In this document: piece after piece, positions 9,401 to 19,847 of the stretch
Layout of the letters: each line of letters begins with the position of its first letter
Numbering within the stretch: position 1 is the first letter of the stretch
From: Candidatus Hydrogenedentota bacterium
GTDB lineage: Bacteria > Hydrogenedentota > Hydrogenedentia > Hydrogenedentales > SLHB01
Assembly (NCBI GenBank): GCA_045863335.1
Contig: BTVY01000001.1
Coordinates: 1 to 64,000 of the forward strand
Direction of reading: 5' to 3'
DNA: 64,000 nucleotides
The notes under the pieces: generated by a model
Told to the model about the DNA's origin: nothing
Database searches by the model: none
Seen by the model: only the letters and a program-made list of their open reading frames with translations
Made by a program: the position numbers and the translations under genes

Positions 9401-9736
9401 GTGTTACCAAAAGGATTAGGCGGTCTGGGCGACATGGCGGGCATGATGAAACAGGCCATGGCCATGAAGCAGCGGATGGAAGAACTCAAAGAATCCCTCG
9501 CGGACGAAACGGTCGAGGCCTCGGCCGGCGGCGGCATGGTTACCGTCGTCGTGAACGGGCAGATGAAGGTCCTCTCCATCAAGATCGATCCCGAAGTCAT
9601 CAATAAAGACGAATCGGAGATGCTGGAGACGCTCGTCCGTGCCGCCATCAACGACGGCATGGAGAAAATGCAGGCTTTCGTGAAGGCCAAGATGTCGGAG
9701 TTGACCGGCGGTTTGAACATCCCGGGGCTGACGTAG
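9401..9736 (+). CDS. ybaB: YbaB/EbfC nucleoid-associated protein
   Basis: MMKQAMAMKQRM..VEASAGGGMVTVVVNG..IDPEV..LTGGLNIPG; GTG start. Confidence 0.92.
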   Translation: MLPKGLGGLGDMAGMMKQAMAMKQRMEELKESLADETVEASAGGGMVTVVVNGQMKVLSIKIDPEVINKDESEMLETLVRAAINDGMEKMQAFVKAKMSELTGGLNIPGLT

Positions 9737-9861
9737 ATTGGGAAGTCTTTAGTCTGGAGTCTTTAGTCTGGAGTCTTGACTTGGGAGGCCGACGTCCTCA
9801 GCTTCCATTCTCTCCTCCCACTCCAGCCTCCGGTCTCCAGCCTCCCCATACGGAGTATCAC

Positions 9862-10797
9862 GTGCGTACAGTATTCTTCGGCACCCCCGAGCTGGCAGTT
9901 CCTACCTTGGCCGCGGTGGCGGAACATCACGACGTGCTAGCGGTGGTCTGCCAACCCGATCGGCCGCGGGGCCGTGGTAGAAAACCAGAGCCGCCGCCGA
10001 CCAAGGCGTGGGCATTGGACCGTGGCATTCCCGTCGTGCAACCTGAAAAGCTGAACGACGGGTCGTTCGAGCATTGGTTGAAGGGACAGGCGCCCCAGGT
10101 ATGCACGCTGGCGGCTTATGGCCGCATCCTGAAACAACCGTTGCTCGACGTGCCGCCGCACGGCTTCCTGAACGTTCATCCCAGCCTGCTGCCCAAGTAC
10201 CGCGGCCCGTCGCCGATCCAATCGGCCATACTCGAAGGCGAGACGGAAACAGGCGTCACGATCATGAAGATTTCGTTGGAAATGGACGCCGGGGACATCC
10301 AGCTCCAGGAGCGTGTGCCGATTCAGCCCGAGGATACGGGGGAAACGTTGACCGCTCGACTTGCCATGCTGGGCGGCGAGATGATGGTCCGCGCTCTCGA
10401 TTTGGTGAATCGCGGCGAAGCAACCTTCACCCCGCAGGATGAAAGCGCCGCGACGTACTGCAAACTTTTCGAGAAGGCCGATGGCCGTATCGACTGGACG
10501 CAGCCTGCCGCGCGGATCCACAACCTCATTCGCGCGGCGCAACCCTGGCCCATCGCGCATGGTGCGTTTCGCGGTGACATTATTCGGATCCTCGCGTCCG
10601 AGGTCCTGGATGAGCCGGCGACAGCCGCGCCAGGCACCGTCACGCGCGCGGAGAAGGATAGACTCGTCGTCTCCACGGGCAAGAATTTGCTGGCCATTCT
10701 TCGAATCCAGCCGCCCGGAAAACGCCCCATGGCGGTAGGCGATTACCTGCGCGGACACGCGGTCGCCCCCGGCGAGCGTTTCGAGTCCGTGCCGTGA
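9862..10797 (+). CDS. fmt: Methionyl-tRNA formyltransferase
   Basis: FFGTPELAV, QPDRPRGRG, NVHPSLLPKYRGPSPIQ, MDAGDI. Confidence 0.96.
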   Translation: MRTVFFGTPELAVPTLAAVAEHHDVLAVVCQPDRPRGRGRKPEPPPTKAWALDRGIPVVQPEKLNDGSFEHWLKGQAPQVCTLAAYGRILKQPLLDVPPHGFLNVHPSLLPKYRGPSPIQSAILEGETETGVTIMKISLEMDAGDIQLQERVPIQPEDTGETLTARLAMLGGEMMVRALDLVNRGEATFTPQDESAATYCKLFEKADGRIDWTQPAARIHNLIRAAQPWPIAHGAFRGDIIRILASEVLDEPATAAPGTVTRAEKDRLVVSTGKNLLAILRIQPPGKRPMAVGDYLRGHAVAPGERFESVP

Positions 10798-12122
10798 TCA
10801 TCGATATTGTGCGCGACGGCGCTGTCGACGTATTGCTGCGCGTGTACGAACGTGGCGCGCACATCGACGCGGCGCTGAACAAGACCCTTCGGCGCAAGCC
10901 GATCTCCGAACGGGGCCGCCGTTTCCTCAGCCAACTGGCGTACGGCACCGTCCGCCACACGCGGTTATGCGATCACATCCTGTCCGGCCTGCTGCGGCAG
11001 CCAATCCACGATCTGCCCCCCCCAATCCGGGTCATTCTGCGCATGGGCGTCTTTCAAGCCCTGTTCTGCAACCAGGTCACCTTTCCGGCCATGGTTCATA
11101 CCAGCGTCGATCTCGCCAAGAAACGGGGCCACGCGGGCACGGTGAAGCTGGTCAATGCCGTGCTCAAACGTATCCCTCAACGGCTCGAAGATGTCCAGTT
11201 CCCCGACGAGACGCGCAACCCATCGGGCGCGCTGGGCATTCGATATTCGGTCCCCACGTGGCTCGTCGAGAGTTGGATCCAGGAATACGGACTGGACACC
11301 GCACGCGCGATCTGCGAAGCCTCCAATCAGGAAGCCTCGCTCACCCTTCGCGTCAACCGCCTGAAGAGCGACCTGGAAACCTTGCGCGAAGGCCTGGCCA
11401 AGGCGGGCTGCATCGCGGACAAGACCAGCGCCGTCCCTGAAGAATTGACGGTCGTCGACGGAAACCCCTTCAAGACCAAGCTGTTTCAGTCCGGTCATTT
11501 TGCGATTCAGGATGCGGCCTCCATGCTGCCCGCTCATTTGATGGAACCGAAGCCGGGTGACCGGATATTAGATGTGTGTGCGGCGCCCGGAGGTAAGTCG
11601 ACGCACCTGGCGGAGCTGTCCGGCGGCGAAGCACGGATCACGGCGTGCGATCTCGGCTTTGGTCGCCTGGCCCAGATTCGCGACAACGTGGAACGTCTCG
11701 AAACTCCGGGAATCCAGATCGTCGCGGCGGACGGACTGCGCCCGCCGTTTCGCGGGGGGTTCTCCGGCGTCCTGCTCGACGCGCCTTGCACCGGTTTTGG
11801 CACGCTGCGCCGGCATCCCGAACTGAAGTGGCGCGCGCGCCAGGAAGACGCGTCGCGTATGGCGGAGAAACAACGGGATCTGTTGCGGTACGCGGCCCAA
11901 CTTTGCGACAATGGCGGCCGCATCGTGTACTCCGTTTGTACTTTCACGCAGGAAGAGACCACGGAGATCGCGCGCGTTGCGGAATCCCTGCACAACCTGG
12001 ACCCGGAAGACGGACCTGAATGGCTAAATCAGTGGCGAATAAGCAAAGGCCTGTATCGGACCCTCCCCGGCCCCGGCAATTTGGACGGGTTCTTCTTGAT
12101 GCGATTGCGGAAGGCATCCTGA
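10794..12122 (+). CDS. rsmB: 16S rRNA m5C967 methyltransferase
   Basis: NusB-like N-terminus, LDVCAAPGGKS, LDAPCTGFG, YSVCT; follows fmt. Confidence 0.93.
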   Translation: MIIDIVRDGAVDVLLRVYERGAHIDAALNKTLRRKPISERGRRFLSQLAYGTVRHTRLCDHILSGLLRQPIHDLPPPIRVILRMGVFQALFCNQVTFPAMVHTSVDLAKKRGHAGTVKLVNAVLKRIPQRLEDVQFPDETRNPSGALGIRYSVPTWLVESWIQEYGLDTARAICEASNQEASLTLRVNRLKSDLETLREGLAKAGCIADKTSAVPEELTVVDGNPFKTKLFQSGHFAIQDAASMLPAHLMEPKPGDRILDVCAAPGGKSTHLAELSGGEARITACDLGFGRLAQIRDNVERLETPGIQIVAADGLRPPFRGGFSGVLLDAPCTGFGTLRRHPELKWRARQEDASRMAEKQRDLLRYAAQLCDNGGRIVYSVCTFTQEETTEIARVAESLHNLDPEDGPEWLNQWRISKGLYRTLPGPGNLDGFFLMRLRKAS

Positions 12123-12130
12123 AGGTTTCC

Positions 12131-13195
12131 ATGTTCGGCTTCGGGTTCGTGTGGTGGCTGCTCCGTTGGAGCTTTGCGACCGTCTTCTTCGTCGCCATCA
12201 TGGTGGCGTCCGGCTATTACGTCTTTAACGAGGCGGTAGCGGGTGGCGAATACGTCACGGTTCCCGACATCGTCAATCGCCCTTACCAGGATGCCATGGA
12301 CATCCTCATCCGGAACAATCTCGAGATGGGAACCCAAACGCCCATTCAGGTGAGCGACTATCCCGAGAACTACGTCGTCTACCAGTCCCCGGCGGCGGGC
12401 AAGGTGGTCCGCGCGGGCCGCAAAATCTATCCGACGGTCAGCCGCCAGGACCGCGTGGTCGTGCCGAATGTAATTGGGATGGAAGTCGGCCAGGCGGAGC
12501 AGGCACTGCTCGCGGCGCAGCTGAAGTTGGATCCCAAGTTCTCGCGTATCGCGAACGCCGCGCGGCCCGACACCGTGCTCAAGCAAGATCCGCCTGCCGA
12601 ACGCGAAGTTCCGTTGGACAGCGTCGTACACTTGCTCGTGAGTGGAGGTATGGGCACTGAAACGGCCAAAGTATACATGCCGGATCTGATCGGACTCACA
12701 CCCGAACAGGCGGAGGCCGAACTGAAACCGCTCCAGGTCAATGCAAAGCCCATCAAACTCGACGGCACGGAGCCGCCCTTCGACGAGGTGATCAAGCAAG
12801 CGCCCGAACCCGGCATGTTGCTGCGGCCGGGCGATTTGGTCACCTACGAATTCCGCACCAACACCCGGGTGGAAGGCGCGTGGCGGAAAGTGACCGTGGA
12901 GTATGAGATACCTCCGCCTTCCTGGATTGAACGAGAAGTGCAGATGATTGTTGAGTACGCAGACGGAACCCGGCGAACGGCATTTCCTCCGCCGGAGTAC
13001 TACGTGGACGGGCTCCCGCCCAAGTATCCGGGGACGACCAAGATTCGCCAGCCCATCCCCTTCCAAAGTGAGATTACGGTCGAGGTCTACCTCGACGGGG
13101 ACTTGGCCCGTTCGTACCGGTACACGGGCGAAGGGGAGCCCGTGATTCGCGACTATGGAGAAGCATCAGGAGAACCGAGCAGTGCCGGAACTTAA
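12131..13195 (+). CDS. Membrane-anchored PASTA-repeat protein (no kinase domain)
   Basis: TM helix followed by three PASTA repeats (VPDIVN, VPNVIG, MPDLIG, each with a QxPxxG-like motif); alternative start 12020. Confidence 0.85.
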   Translation: MFGFGFVWWLLRWSFATVFFVAIMVASGYYVFNEAVAGGEYVTVPDIVNRPYQDAMDILIRNNLEMGTQTPIQVSDYPENYVVYQSPAAGKVVRAGRKIYPTVSRQDRVVVPNVIGMEVGQAEQALLAAQLKLDPKFSRIANAARPDTVLKQDPPAEREVPLDSVVHLLVSGGMGTETAKVYMPDLIGLTPEQAEAELKPLQVNAKPIKLDGTEPPFDEVIKQAPEPGMLLRPGDLVTYEFRTNTRVEGAWRKVTVEYEIPPPSWIEREVQMIVEYADGTRRTAFPPPEYYVDGLPPKYPGTTKIRQPIPFQSEITVEVYLDGDLARSYRYTGEGEPVIRDYGEASGEPSSAGT

Positions 13196-13829
13196 AATTG
13201 CCCCCTCTATCCTCGCCAGCGATTTCAGCCGTCTCGGCGAAGAGATCAAGGCGGTTATCGACGCGGGGGCCGATTGGATTCACGTGGACGTGATGGACGG
13301 CCATTTCACGCCCAACATTACGATCGGCCCGCCCGTGGTGGCGGCCTTGCGGCCCCACTGCACGGTGCCGATGGACGTCCACTTGATGATTTCCGATCCC
13401 GACGCCTATATCGAGGATTTTGCCAACGCGGGCGCCGACATCATTTCTTTCCACATCGAGGCGGCGACCCATCCCCATCGGGTCATCTCGAAGATCAAGG
13501 ACTGCGGGTGCAAGGCCGGCATCGTGCTCAACCCAGGCACCTCGCAAGACGATATCGAGTTCGTCATTGACTCGGTCGACATGGTCCTGGTCATGACCGT
13601 GAATCCGGGATTCGGTGGGCAGAAGTTCATCCCGGAGATGGTGCGCAAGATTCAATACGTGCGGGCCATGCTCGGCGAACGGGATCTCGAGGTGGACGGC
13701 GGCATCGACGGCACAACTGCTCAAGCGGTCATCGAAGCCGGCGCCAACGTGCTCGTCGCCGGCTCCTACATCTACGGAAGCGATTCGTACCTGGACGCTA
13801 TCGAAAGCCTGCGCAACGCCGATCGGTGA
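13182..13829 (+). CDS. rpe: Ribulose-phosphate 3-epimerase
   Basis: IAPSILASDF, HVDVMDGHF, MTVNPGFGGQ, EVDGGI. Confidence 0.97.
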   Translation: MPELKIAPSILASDFSRLGEEIKAVIDAGADWIHVDVMDGHFTPNITIGPPVVAALRPHCTVPMDVHLMISDPDAYIEDFANAGADIISFHIEAATHPHRVISKIKDCGCKAGIVLNPGTSQDDIEFVIDSVDMVLVMTVNPGFGGQKFIPEMVRKIQYVRAMLGERDLEVDGGIDGTTAQAVIEAGANVLVAGSYIYGSDSYLDAIESLRNADR

Positions 13830-13841
13830 TCGCGGCGAAGG

Positions 13842-15014
13842 TTATCCGCCGTACTGGACCCCGCTTCCGCGCAACCGCTCGACGACGCCGTGGGTCAGCT
13901 TCCACCGCCAGCCAGGGACTTCGAGGTCTTCCGGCACCAACACCGGCACCTCGGCGATGGGGTGTCCGGCCAACTCGACCTGAAGCGTGCCAATCTCTTC
14001 CCCGGCCGTCATGGGCGCATGCAGTGTAGCCGGATAGTTGGGCACATATTCCATGTTCTCGAAGTCGGAAACGCGCGCGACGACCCAGATGTCTTCAGCC
14101 GCCTTGGGGATAACACCGGGCACCTTTGAATTGCGAACCCGCAACTCAGGCTCGATGGCGTCGCCTTTCGCCAGCAAACGCACGCGGCGCGTCTGCGCGA
14201 ACCCGTCTTCCAGAAGCGCCTGGGCCGAAATAAAGCGGTCGGACAACTTGGGGCAGCCCATAACCACCGTGATGATTCGAATCCCATCGCGCACGGCCGT
14301 TGCCGCCAGGCAGAAACCCGCGGCGCGCGTATAACCGGTCTTCAATCCGTCGCACCCGGGCACCATGGCAAGCAGCTTGTTCGTATTGGATTTGGCTTCC
14401 ACGCCCGGTTGAAACTTGATTTCGTCCATGCCAACCCAGGCCATGATCTCTGGCTTATCAATACAGGCACGCGCCAGGATTGCCATGTCGCGCGCCGTGG
14501 TCACGTCCGACTCCTGCCCTTCGTCCGGCGGAAGGCCGTGGGGCGAGTTTACCACCGTATCGAGCATTCCGAGTTCGCGGGCGCGCGCGTTGGCCGCCTT
14601 CAAATACTCTTCGCGGCTTCCCCAGAGGCCCTCAGCCACGGCCGCGGCGGCGTCGTTGGCCGAAGCGATAGCGATCCCCTTCATCAGGGGTTCGAGCGGC
14701 CAGGTTTGGCCCGCCTTCAGATACACCTGTGTGCCCCCGATCCGCTCGACGTCACTGGAAATGGAGATCTCGGTATCCAGGGACCAGCGCCCGTCCTCCA
14801 ATCCCTCGACGACCATCAGCATCAGGATCATCTTGATCATACTGGCCGGCGCGCGGAGTTCGTCGGCGTTGTACTCGTCAATGACGAGACCGCTCTCGGC
14901 GATCACGCTGATGTAATTCGTACACGTCAACCCTTCCGGCGCCGCCCAGGCGACTGCGGGAACGGTCAACACGAACATCAGTAAGGCGGTCTGGCGAATG
15001 ATCTGGTTTTTCAT
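13842..15014 (-). CDS. D-alanyl-D-alanine carboxypeptidase (peptidase S11)
   Basis: Signal peptide; SxxK (PASMIK), SxN (SAND), KTG (LKTGYT). Confidence 0.92.
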   Translation of the reverse strand: MKNQIIRQTALLMFVLTVPAVAWAAPEGLTCTNYISVIAESGLVIDEYNADELRAPASMIKMILMLMVVEGLEDGRWSLDTEISISSDVERIGGTQVYLKAGQTWPLEPLMKGIAIASANDAAAAVAEGLWGSREEYLKAANARARELGMLDTVVNSPHGLPPDEGQESDVTTARDMAILARACIDKPEIMAWVGMDEIKFQPGVEAKSNTNKLLAMVPGCDGLKTGYTRAAGFCLAATAVRDGIRIITVVMGCPKLSDRFISAQALLEDGFAQTRRVRLLAKGDAIEPELRVRNSKVPGVIPKAAEDIWVVARVSDFENMEYVPNYPATLHAPMTAGEEIGTLQVELAGHPIAEVPVLVPEDLEVPGWRWKLTHGVVERLRGSGVQYGG

Positions 15015-15075
15015 AAATCTCCTCGTTGCACAATACGGAAAGCAGGGAACGCGTCGCTCGTTCCATGCAGGTTGC

Positions 15076-17829
15076 CTACACATGCGTAGAGCCTGCCATA
15101 GCTGACATGACCGTTTCCACCAGTTCCTTCGTGGTGAAGGGTTTTTGGAGGACGCCGGCGACCTCCGGGAGGTCCCAGGTTTCCTCGCCCAAACCGGTCA
15201 TAACAAAAAAGGCTGCGCCCGACTGGGTGGCTGCAAGCCGCACGTTGTTGACCAGTCTCTCGGCCTCATCCTGTTTCACGTCCAGATCGGCGAGCACGAC
15301 GCCGGGCGAACGTTCGGCAATCACACCCAGTGCGGAGGCCGCATCGGGGGCACGGACACAGGTAAGCTCCCGACGGCGCAGGGCGGTTTCAATCCAGTCC
15401 AGCAAATCGCTATCCGGCCCGATGCACAAAAGGGCGATACGATGGGCGTTTGACGAACGAAGCGATACCTCTTCCTCGAGCGGGGCAACCGGTCCCTCGT
15501 GGAGCCTGGTCAGACGCGCGGCCAACGCCAACGACGTGAATGGTTTGTATAGAACGTCGATTGCATACCCTTCGCGAGTGACGCCCTCGGATATGCCGGA
15601 ACGTTCCGCCAATAGAAGCACGCCGGTGTCTCCGTCCAATCCATGTTCGATCAAATGCTGGACCGTACCGATCGGATTCAAGGACGGCTGTTCTTCATCA
15701 ACGATGATAAATGCGGGATCGCTCTCGTTCATGAGACGCGCTGCTTCGTACCCGCTCGTGACGTGTGTCGTGTCGTACCCGTATACGCCCAGCGTGCGTC
15801 GCATGGCCGCGGCAAGTTCGGCGTCGCCTGCCACGAGCAGCACGTTGGCCGGCTCGACGCGTCGCGAGACGACGGATTGCTCGCGGTCGTCAAAATACGC
15901 TTCAGGAAATACCAGTGTGAACGTGCTCCCCACGTTAGGCTCGCTGCGCAACTCGATGCCACCGCCGTGGGCATCCATGATCGTCTTGGCAATGGAGAGG
16001 CCGATTCCGGCGCCCTCGTATCGTCTCGTTCGTGAACTATCGGCCTGGAAGAACTTGTCGAACACCCGTTTCTGGGCATCCGCCTCGATTCCGATTCCAA
16101 CGTCTTCGACATCGAGACACACGATTCCCGACCCGCGTAACGACGCTTGCAGGATGACGCGCCCGCCTTTGTGGGAAAACTTGATGGCATTGGACAACAG
16201 AATGGCGAGGACTTGACCGACCCGTTTGCGGTCACCCCACATATACCGCACCGGTTCTCCGCTGCGAATTTCCAGCGTAAGCTCTTTGGCGATAACCTGG
16301 GGTTTCACCGACGCCGCGGCCTCCTGGAGCATTCGTTGCACGGAGAACAGGGTCAAATGAAGTTCAATGCCGCGGATCTCCATCCGGCTAAACTCGATAA
16401 TCTCATCGATGAGCGTGCCCAATCGCTCTACGTTCCGCGTCATCACTTTCAGGGCGGCTAGTTGGGATTCGCTCAAGTCGCCGAGCGAACCGGAGTGAAA
16501 CATTTCGATGTAGCCGCGTATCGTGCTGAGGGGCGTTCGCAGCTCGTGGCTTACATTGGAGAGGAAGCTGTCCTTGGCCCGATCCAGCATGCGAAGTTCC
16601 GCGTTTGCTTCTTCCAATTCCAACGCGCGAAGCTCCAACTGGTGTTGCATACGCTTGAGTTCGCTGACGTTGGTCAGCACCAACGAGAACCGCGCCTCTT
16701 CGTCTGGCGCGGCCTCCACGGGCGCGATCGACACGACTACAGTAAGCGACTGTCCGTCGGGCCGGCGGAGCGCCAATTCCTGGTGTTGCTCGAAGCCTTG
16801 CCGCTCCTGAGCGTCTTCGAGGATCTCCAATAGGCGTCCCCGGGCCGCGGGTTCCACGAAATCGAACGCGTCGCGCCCCAACAAGTTTTCGGAAGGGGTT
16901 TGCAGCAGATCGCAGATGCGCGAGTTGGCGAAAACGATGTGATAGGACTCGTCGAGCGTGAGGAATCCTTCGTTCATATTGACCAGCAGATCGTGGAGGC
17001 GCTGTTGTGATTTCGACAGTTTCTGGGTCCGGTCTTCCACCAGCTTCTGTAGGCCCTGCGTGTATTTTTCGAGGCGCTTGGCCAGCCGGTGCTGCTCGGT
17101 CACGTCGCGAATCGTGGCCAGTGCGCCGGTAAACCTGCCGTGCCGATCGAACAGGGGCGTACCGTTCACCCAAAGCTGCCGTTCCTCACCACCAACGTTC
17201 CACGTGACATGGTACTCGGAAGCGATTCCCCGCCGCCGGTCCTCGATGTGCGGCAGCATGGGTTCCAATTCGAGTTTCTGCGCAAGAATCTTGTCGTTCT
17301 TGCCGAGGAGTTCGCTCTCTTTGAGATTGGTCAGCTTCTTGAGTGCATCGTTCACCAAGGTAATCGTGCCGTCTGGCCCGGTGAGAATGAAGCCTTCGCT
17401 CATGTGGTCCGCCAGATAGCGGAAGCGTTGGGCAATCTCTTCGGATTGTTCCTCGCGGTAGGCCAGGATAACCAAGATAGCGACGAGCCCGACCAGAAGA
17501 CTGCCGAGTCCAAGACCCCGCGATACTTCGATCGCCGTGCCAGGGACATCATCAAGCTCCCCGAAACCGTCGGGAAGACCGGAGACGGTAACCAGGGCGC
17601 CCAGGATCAGCATCACGACGCCGAGAATCAGGAAGGATCGCTGATAGCCGGAACCTGGGATGCGTGAAATGAGCACGCCGACCGCGAAGAGGGGCATGCC
17701 GACGGAAAGGACGATGACGATGGTTTGCAGCGTGGGATCGGCCAATTGGTGGGCGAAGAGCACGCCGCACATGCCCAGCATGATTGGGATGAGATACAGT
17801 GGAATGCTGGTTCGAGACGATCTGGCCAT
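15076..17829 (-). CDS. Membrane-bound hybrid PAS-PAS sensor histidine kinase with two C-terminal receiver-like domains
   Basis: About 4 TM helices, two PAS domains, SHELRTPL H-box, NAIKFS, GAGIGLSI; two REC-like domains ending in KPF. Confidence 0.9.
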   Translation of the reverse strand: MARSSRTSIPLYLIPIMLGMCGVLFAHQLADPTLQTIVIVLSVGMPLFAVGVLISRIPGSGYQRSFLILGVVMLILGALVTVSGLPDGFGELDDVPGTAIEVSRGLGLGSLLVGLVAILVILAYREEQSEEIAQRFRYLADHMSEGFILTGPDGTITLVNDALKKLTNLKESELLGKNDKILAQKLELEPMLPHIEDRRRGIASEYHVTWNVGGEERQLWVNGTPLFDRHGRFTGALATIRDVTEQHRLAKRLEKYTQGLQKLVEDRTQKLSKSQQRLHDLLVNMNEGFLTLDESYHIVFANSRICDLLQTPSENLLGRDAFDFVEPAARGRLLEILEDAQERQGFEQHQELALRRPDGQSLTVVVSIAPVEAAPDEEARFSLVLTNVSELKRMQHQLELRALELEEANAELRMLDRAKDSFLSNVSHELRTPLSTIRGYIEMFHSGSLGDLSESQLAALKVMTRNVERLGTLIDEIIEFSRMEIRGIELHLTLFSVQRMLQEAAASVKPQVIAKELTLEIRSGEPVRYMWGDRKRVGQVLAILLSNAIKFSHKGGRVILQASLRGSGIVCLDVEDVGIGIEADAQKRVFDKFFQADSSRTRRYEGAGIGLSIAKTIMDAHGGGIELRSEPNVGSTFTLVFPEAYFDDREQSVVSRRVEPANVLLVAGDAELAAAMRRTLGVYGYDTTHVTSGYEAARLMNESDPAFIIVDEEQPSLNPIGTVQHLIEHGLDGDTGVLLLAERSGISEGVTREGYAIDVLYKPFTSLALAARLTRLHEGPVAPLEEEVSLRSSNAHRIALLCIGPDSDLLDWIETALRRRELTCVRAPDAASALGVIAERSPGVVLADLDVKQDEAERLVNNVRLAATQSGAAFFVMTGLGEETWDLPEVAGVLQKPFTTKELVETVMSAMAGSTHV

Positions 17830-17850
17830 GGTTTCCGGGTTGCCTTGATT

Positions 17851-18285
17851 CTAGAGCCGGGCGATTGCTTCGGCCGCCAGTTCATCGCAGCGTTCGTTCA
17901 ACGGGTGACCGGCGTGTCCTTTCACCCACTTCCATTCGATCGCGTGTTCGCGGGTTAGCTCGTCGAGCCGCTGCCACAAGTCTTTGTTCTTGAGCATCCC
18001 TTCGCGTCGCTTCCAGCCGTTGCGCTTCCATTGCGGGAGCCATGCGGTGATGCCGTTTTTCAGGTATTCCGAGTCGGTATGAATGACGACACGGCACGGC
18101 CGCTTCAGGGTTTCCAGGGCCCGTACCGCCGCGGTCAATTCCATGCGGTTGTTGGTCGTATTGGCTTCGCCTCCCGAGAGTTCCCGCTCGCGATCGCCAT
18201 ACCGAAGAATGGCTGCCCAGCCTCCCTTTCCCGGGTTAGGCCGGCAACCTCCATCGGTGAATATTTCGACTTGCTTTCGATCCAT
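17851..18285 (-). CDS. rnhA: Ribonuclease HI
   Basis: [35 protein letters not shown]. Confidence 0.96.
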   Translation of the reverse strand: MDRKQVEIFTDGGCRPNPGKGGWAAILRYGDRERELSGGEANTTNNRMELTAAVRALETLKRPCRVVIHTDSEYLKNGITAWLPQWKRNGWKRREGMLKNKDLWQRLDELTREHAIEWKWVKGHAGHPLNERCDELAAEAIARL

Positions 18286-18366
18286 CTACAGAAACTACCA
18301 GAAACTCGCCCTTCGGCGGCTTGAGTATAGCAGGTTTGTGCCCGAAAATCAGGCGCCTTCTTCGCT

Positions 18367-19266
18367 CTAAACCGCGCCGACACGCCGATCGGGCAGCACT
18401 ACAAGGTACAACCCGGCGACGACCGCGACCATGGCGACGGCGAGTTTCCACGTGATCGCCTCGCCAAGCACGAACGCAGCCAGCACGGTCGCTACGGGCG
18501 GTTTGAGAAAGAGCATGCTGATGGCCTGCGTCGCATCGACGTGCTCAAGGGCCTTGAAGAACAGATAGTAGGTGATGCCGGTCGTCCCGACGGATAGGTA
18601 GAGCAACGGCACCCAAATATCCGGGATATGGGCCAGGGTCTCGGAGTGACCTTCGGCGAGAATCATGGGGATGAAGTAAACGGCGCCGAAAGCCGCACAC
18701 AAGGCTGTGATCGGCAGACCTGCGTAAGGACCCGCGAGTTTCTTTACGAACACCGTAAACAGGCTCAACGACAAACTGCAACTGAGGGCAAAGCCAAAAC
18801 CGAGCAGCGAGAACGTAGGCGAAGGGGTGCTGCTCGCGAGGACGCCGATGCCGGCCAGGCCCAGCACGACGCCCGTGAGTTTGGCGCGCGTCAACGACTC
18901 CTTCAGTATCAATGCCGACAGGAGCAAGGTGAATAGCGGGCTGGTTCCAAACATGGTGGCCACGACGCCCGCACCGGCGTACTTCAAGCTGTACTGATAA
19001 GAGAGATTCGCCCATACGATGCCGATGAGGGAAAGCCAGGCCGCCTGCACGAGCACGCGCTTGGTAATGACCAGCCCCTTCCGGCGCAAGTCAAAGGGAA
19101 GGAACAGCAGGAGGCAGAGGGCGCCAATGCCGAACCGTGCGCCCGCGAGCTGGATCGGCGTAATCCGGCCGATTACCATCCGCGTGACGACCTCGGCGGT
19201 GCTCCACAACAGGACCGCGAGCACGAGGTTTACGTACGCCGCCTTGCGAACGCTTGGAACGGACAC
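18367..19266 (-). CDS. EamA/DMT family transporter
   Basis: About 10 TM helices in two EamA repeats. Confidence 0.88.
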   Translation of the reverse strand: MSVPSVRKAAYVNLVLAVLLWSTAEVVTRMVIGRITPIQLAGARFGIGALCLLLFLPFDLRRKGLVITKRVLVQAAWLSLIGIVWANLSYQYSLKYAGAGVVATMFGTSPLFTLLLSALILKESLTRAKLTGVVLGLAGIGVLASSTPSPTFSLLGFGFALSCSLSLSLFTVFVKKLAGPYAGLPITALCAAFGAVYFIPMILAEGHSETLAHIPDIWVPLLYLSVGTTGITYYLFFKALEHVDATQAISMLFLKPPVATVLAAFVLGEAITWKLAVAMVAVVAGLYLVVLPDRRVGAV

Positions 19267-19847
19267 TAGATGTCGCCTGCCGCCGCCTGAAGCTCCAGCA
19301 CTTCCAGGAGATGCACGGTCTTTTCCTGGCCATGGACGCCGGCCAACGCGAGTGGCGTCCGCCCGTCCAGGTTCTCGATGGTAAGATTGGCGCCGTGGCG
19401 TGCCAAAAATGCGGTCATCGCCTGGCGCCCCTGCATTGCCGCAACGTGCAGAGGCGTGTCGCCGAAATGATCGAGCGCGTCGGGATTCGCACCCGCATCA
19501 AGGAGTTGTTGGGCGCGGTTGGTCGCGGTCCACCACGCAGCGACGTGCAGTGGCGTAAGCCCGGTGCGATCGTGGGCGTTTACTTCCGCGCCCCGGTCCA
19601 ATAGCAATTGCACCATCTCGGAGCTTCCGCTCGTGACGGCCATGTGAAGGGGCGTTTTGCCGAGTTCGTTCGTCGACTCGACCAGCGAGGGATCGCGGTC
19701 GAGCCAGGCGGTCGCCGTGGCGAGGTCGGCCATGGCGGCCGCGTCATGGATGGAACGGCCGCAACCGCACACCACGAGAGCCAACAGAATCGACAGCGGC
19801 GCAAGAGAACGGCGCTCGCGGGTTCGGTTCGGGTCAGGACGCTTCAA
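19266..19847 (-). CDS. Ankyrin-repeat lipoprotein
   Basis: Lipobox-like LVVCGC; GKTPLH, GLTPLH, GDTPLH, GRTPL repeats. Confidence 0.88.
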   Translation of the reverse strand: MKRPDPNRTRERRSLAPLSILLALVVCGCGRSIHDAAAMADLATATAWLDRDPSLVESTNELGKTPLHMAVTSGSSEMVQLLLDRGAEVNAHDRTGLTPLHVAAWWTATNRAQQLLDAGANPDALDHFGDTPLHVAAMQGRQAMTAFLARHGANLTIENLDGRTPLALAGVHGQEKTVHLLEVLELQAAAGDI

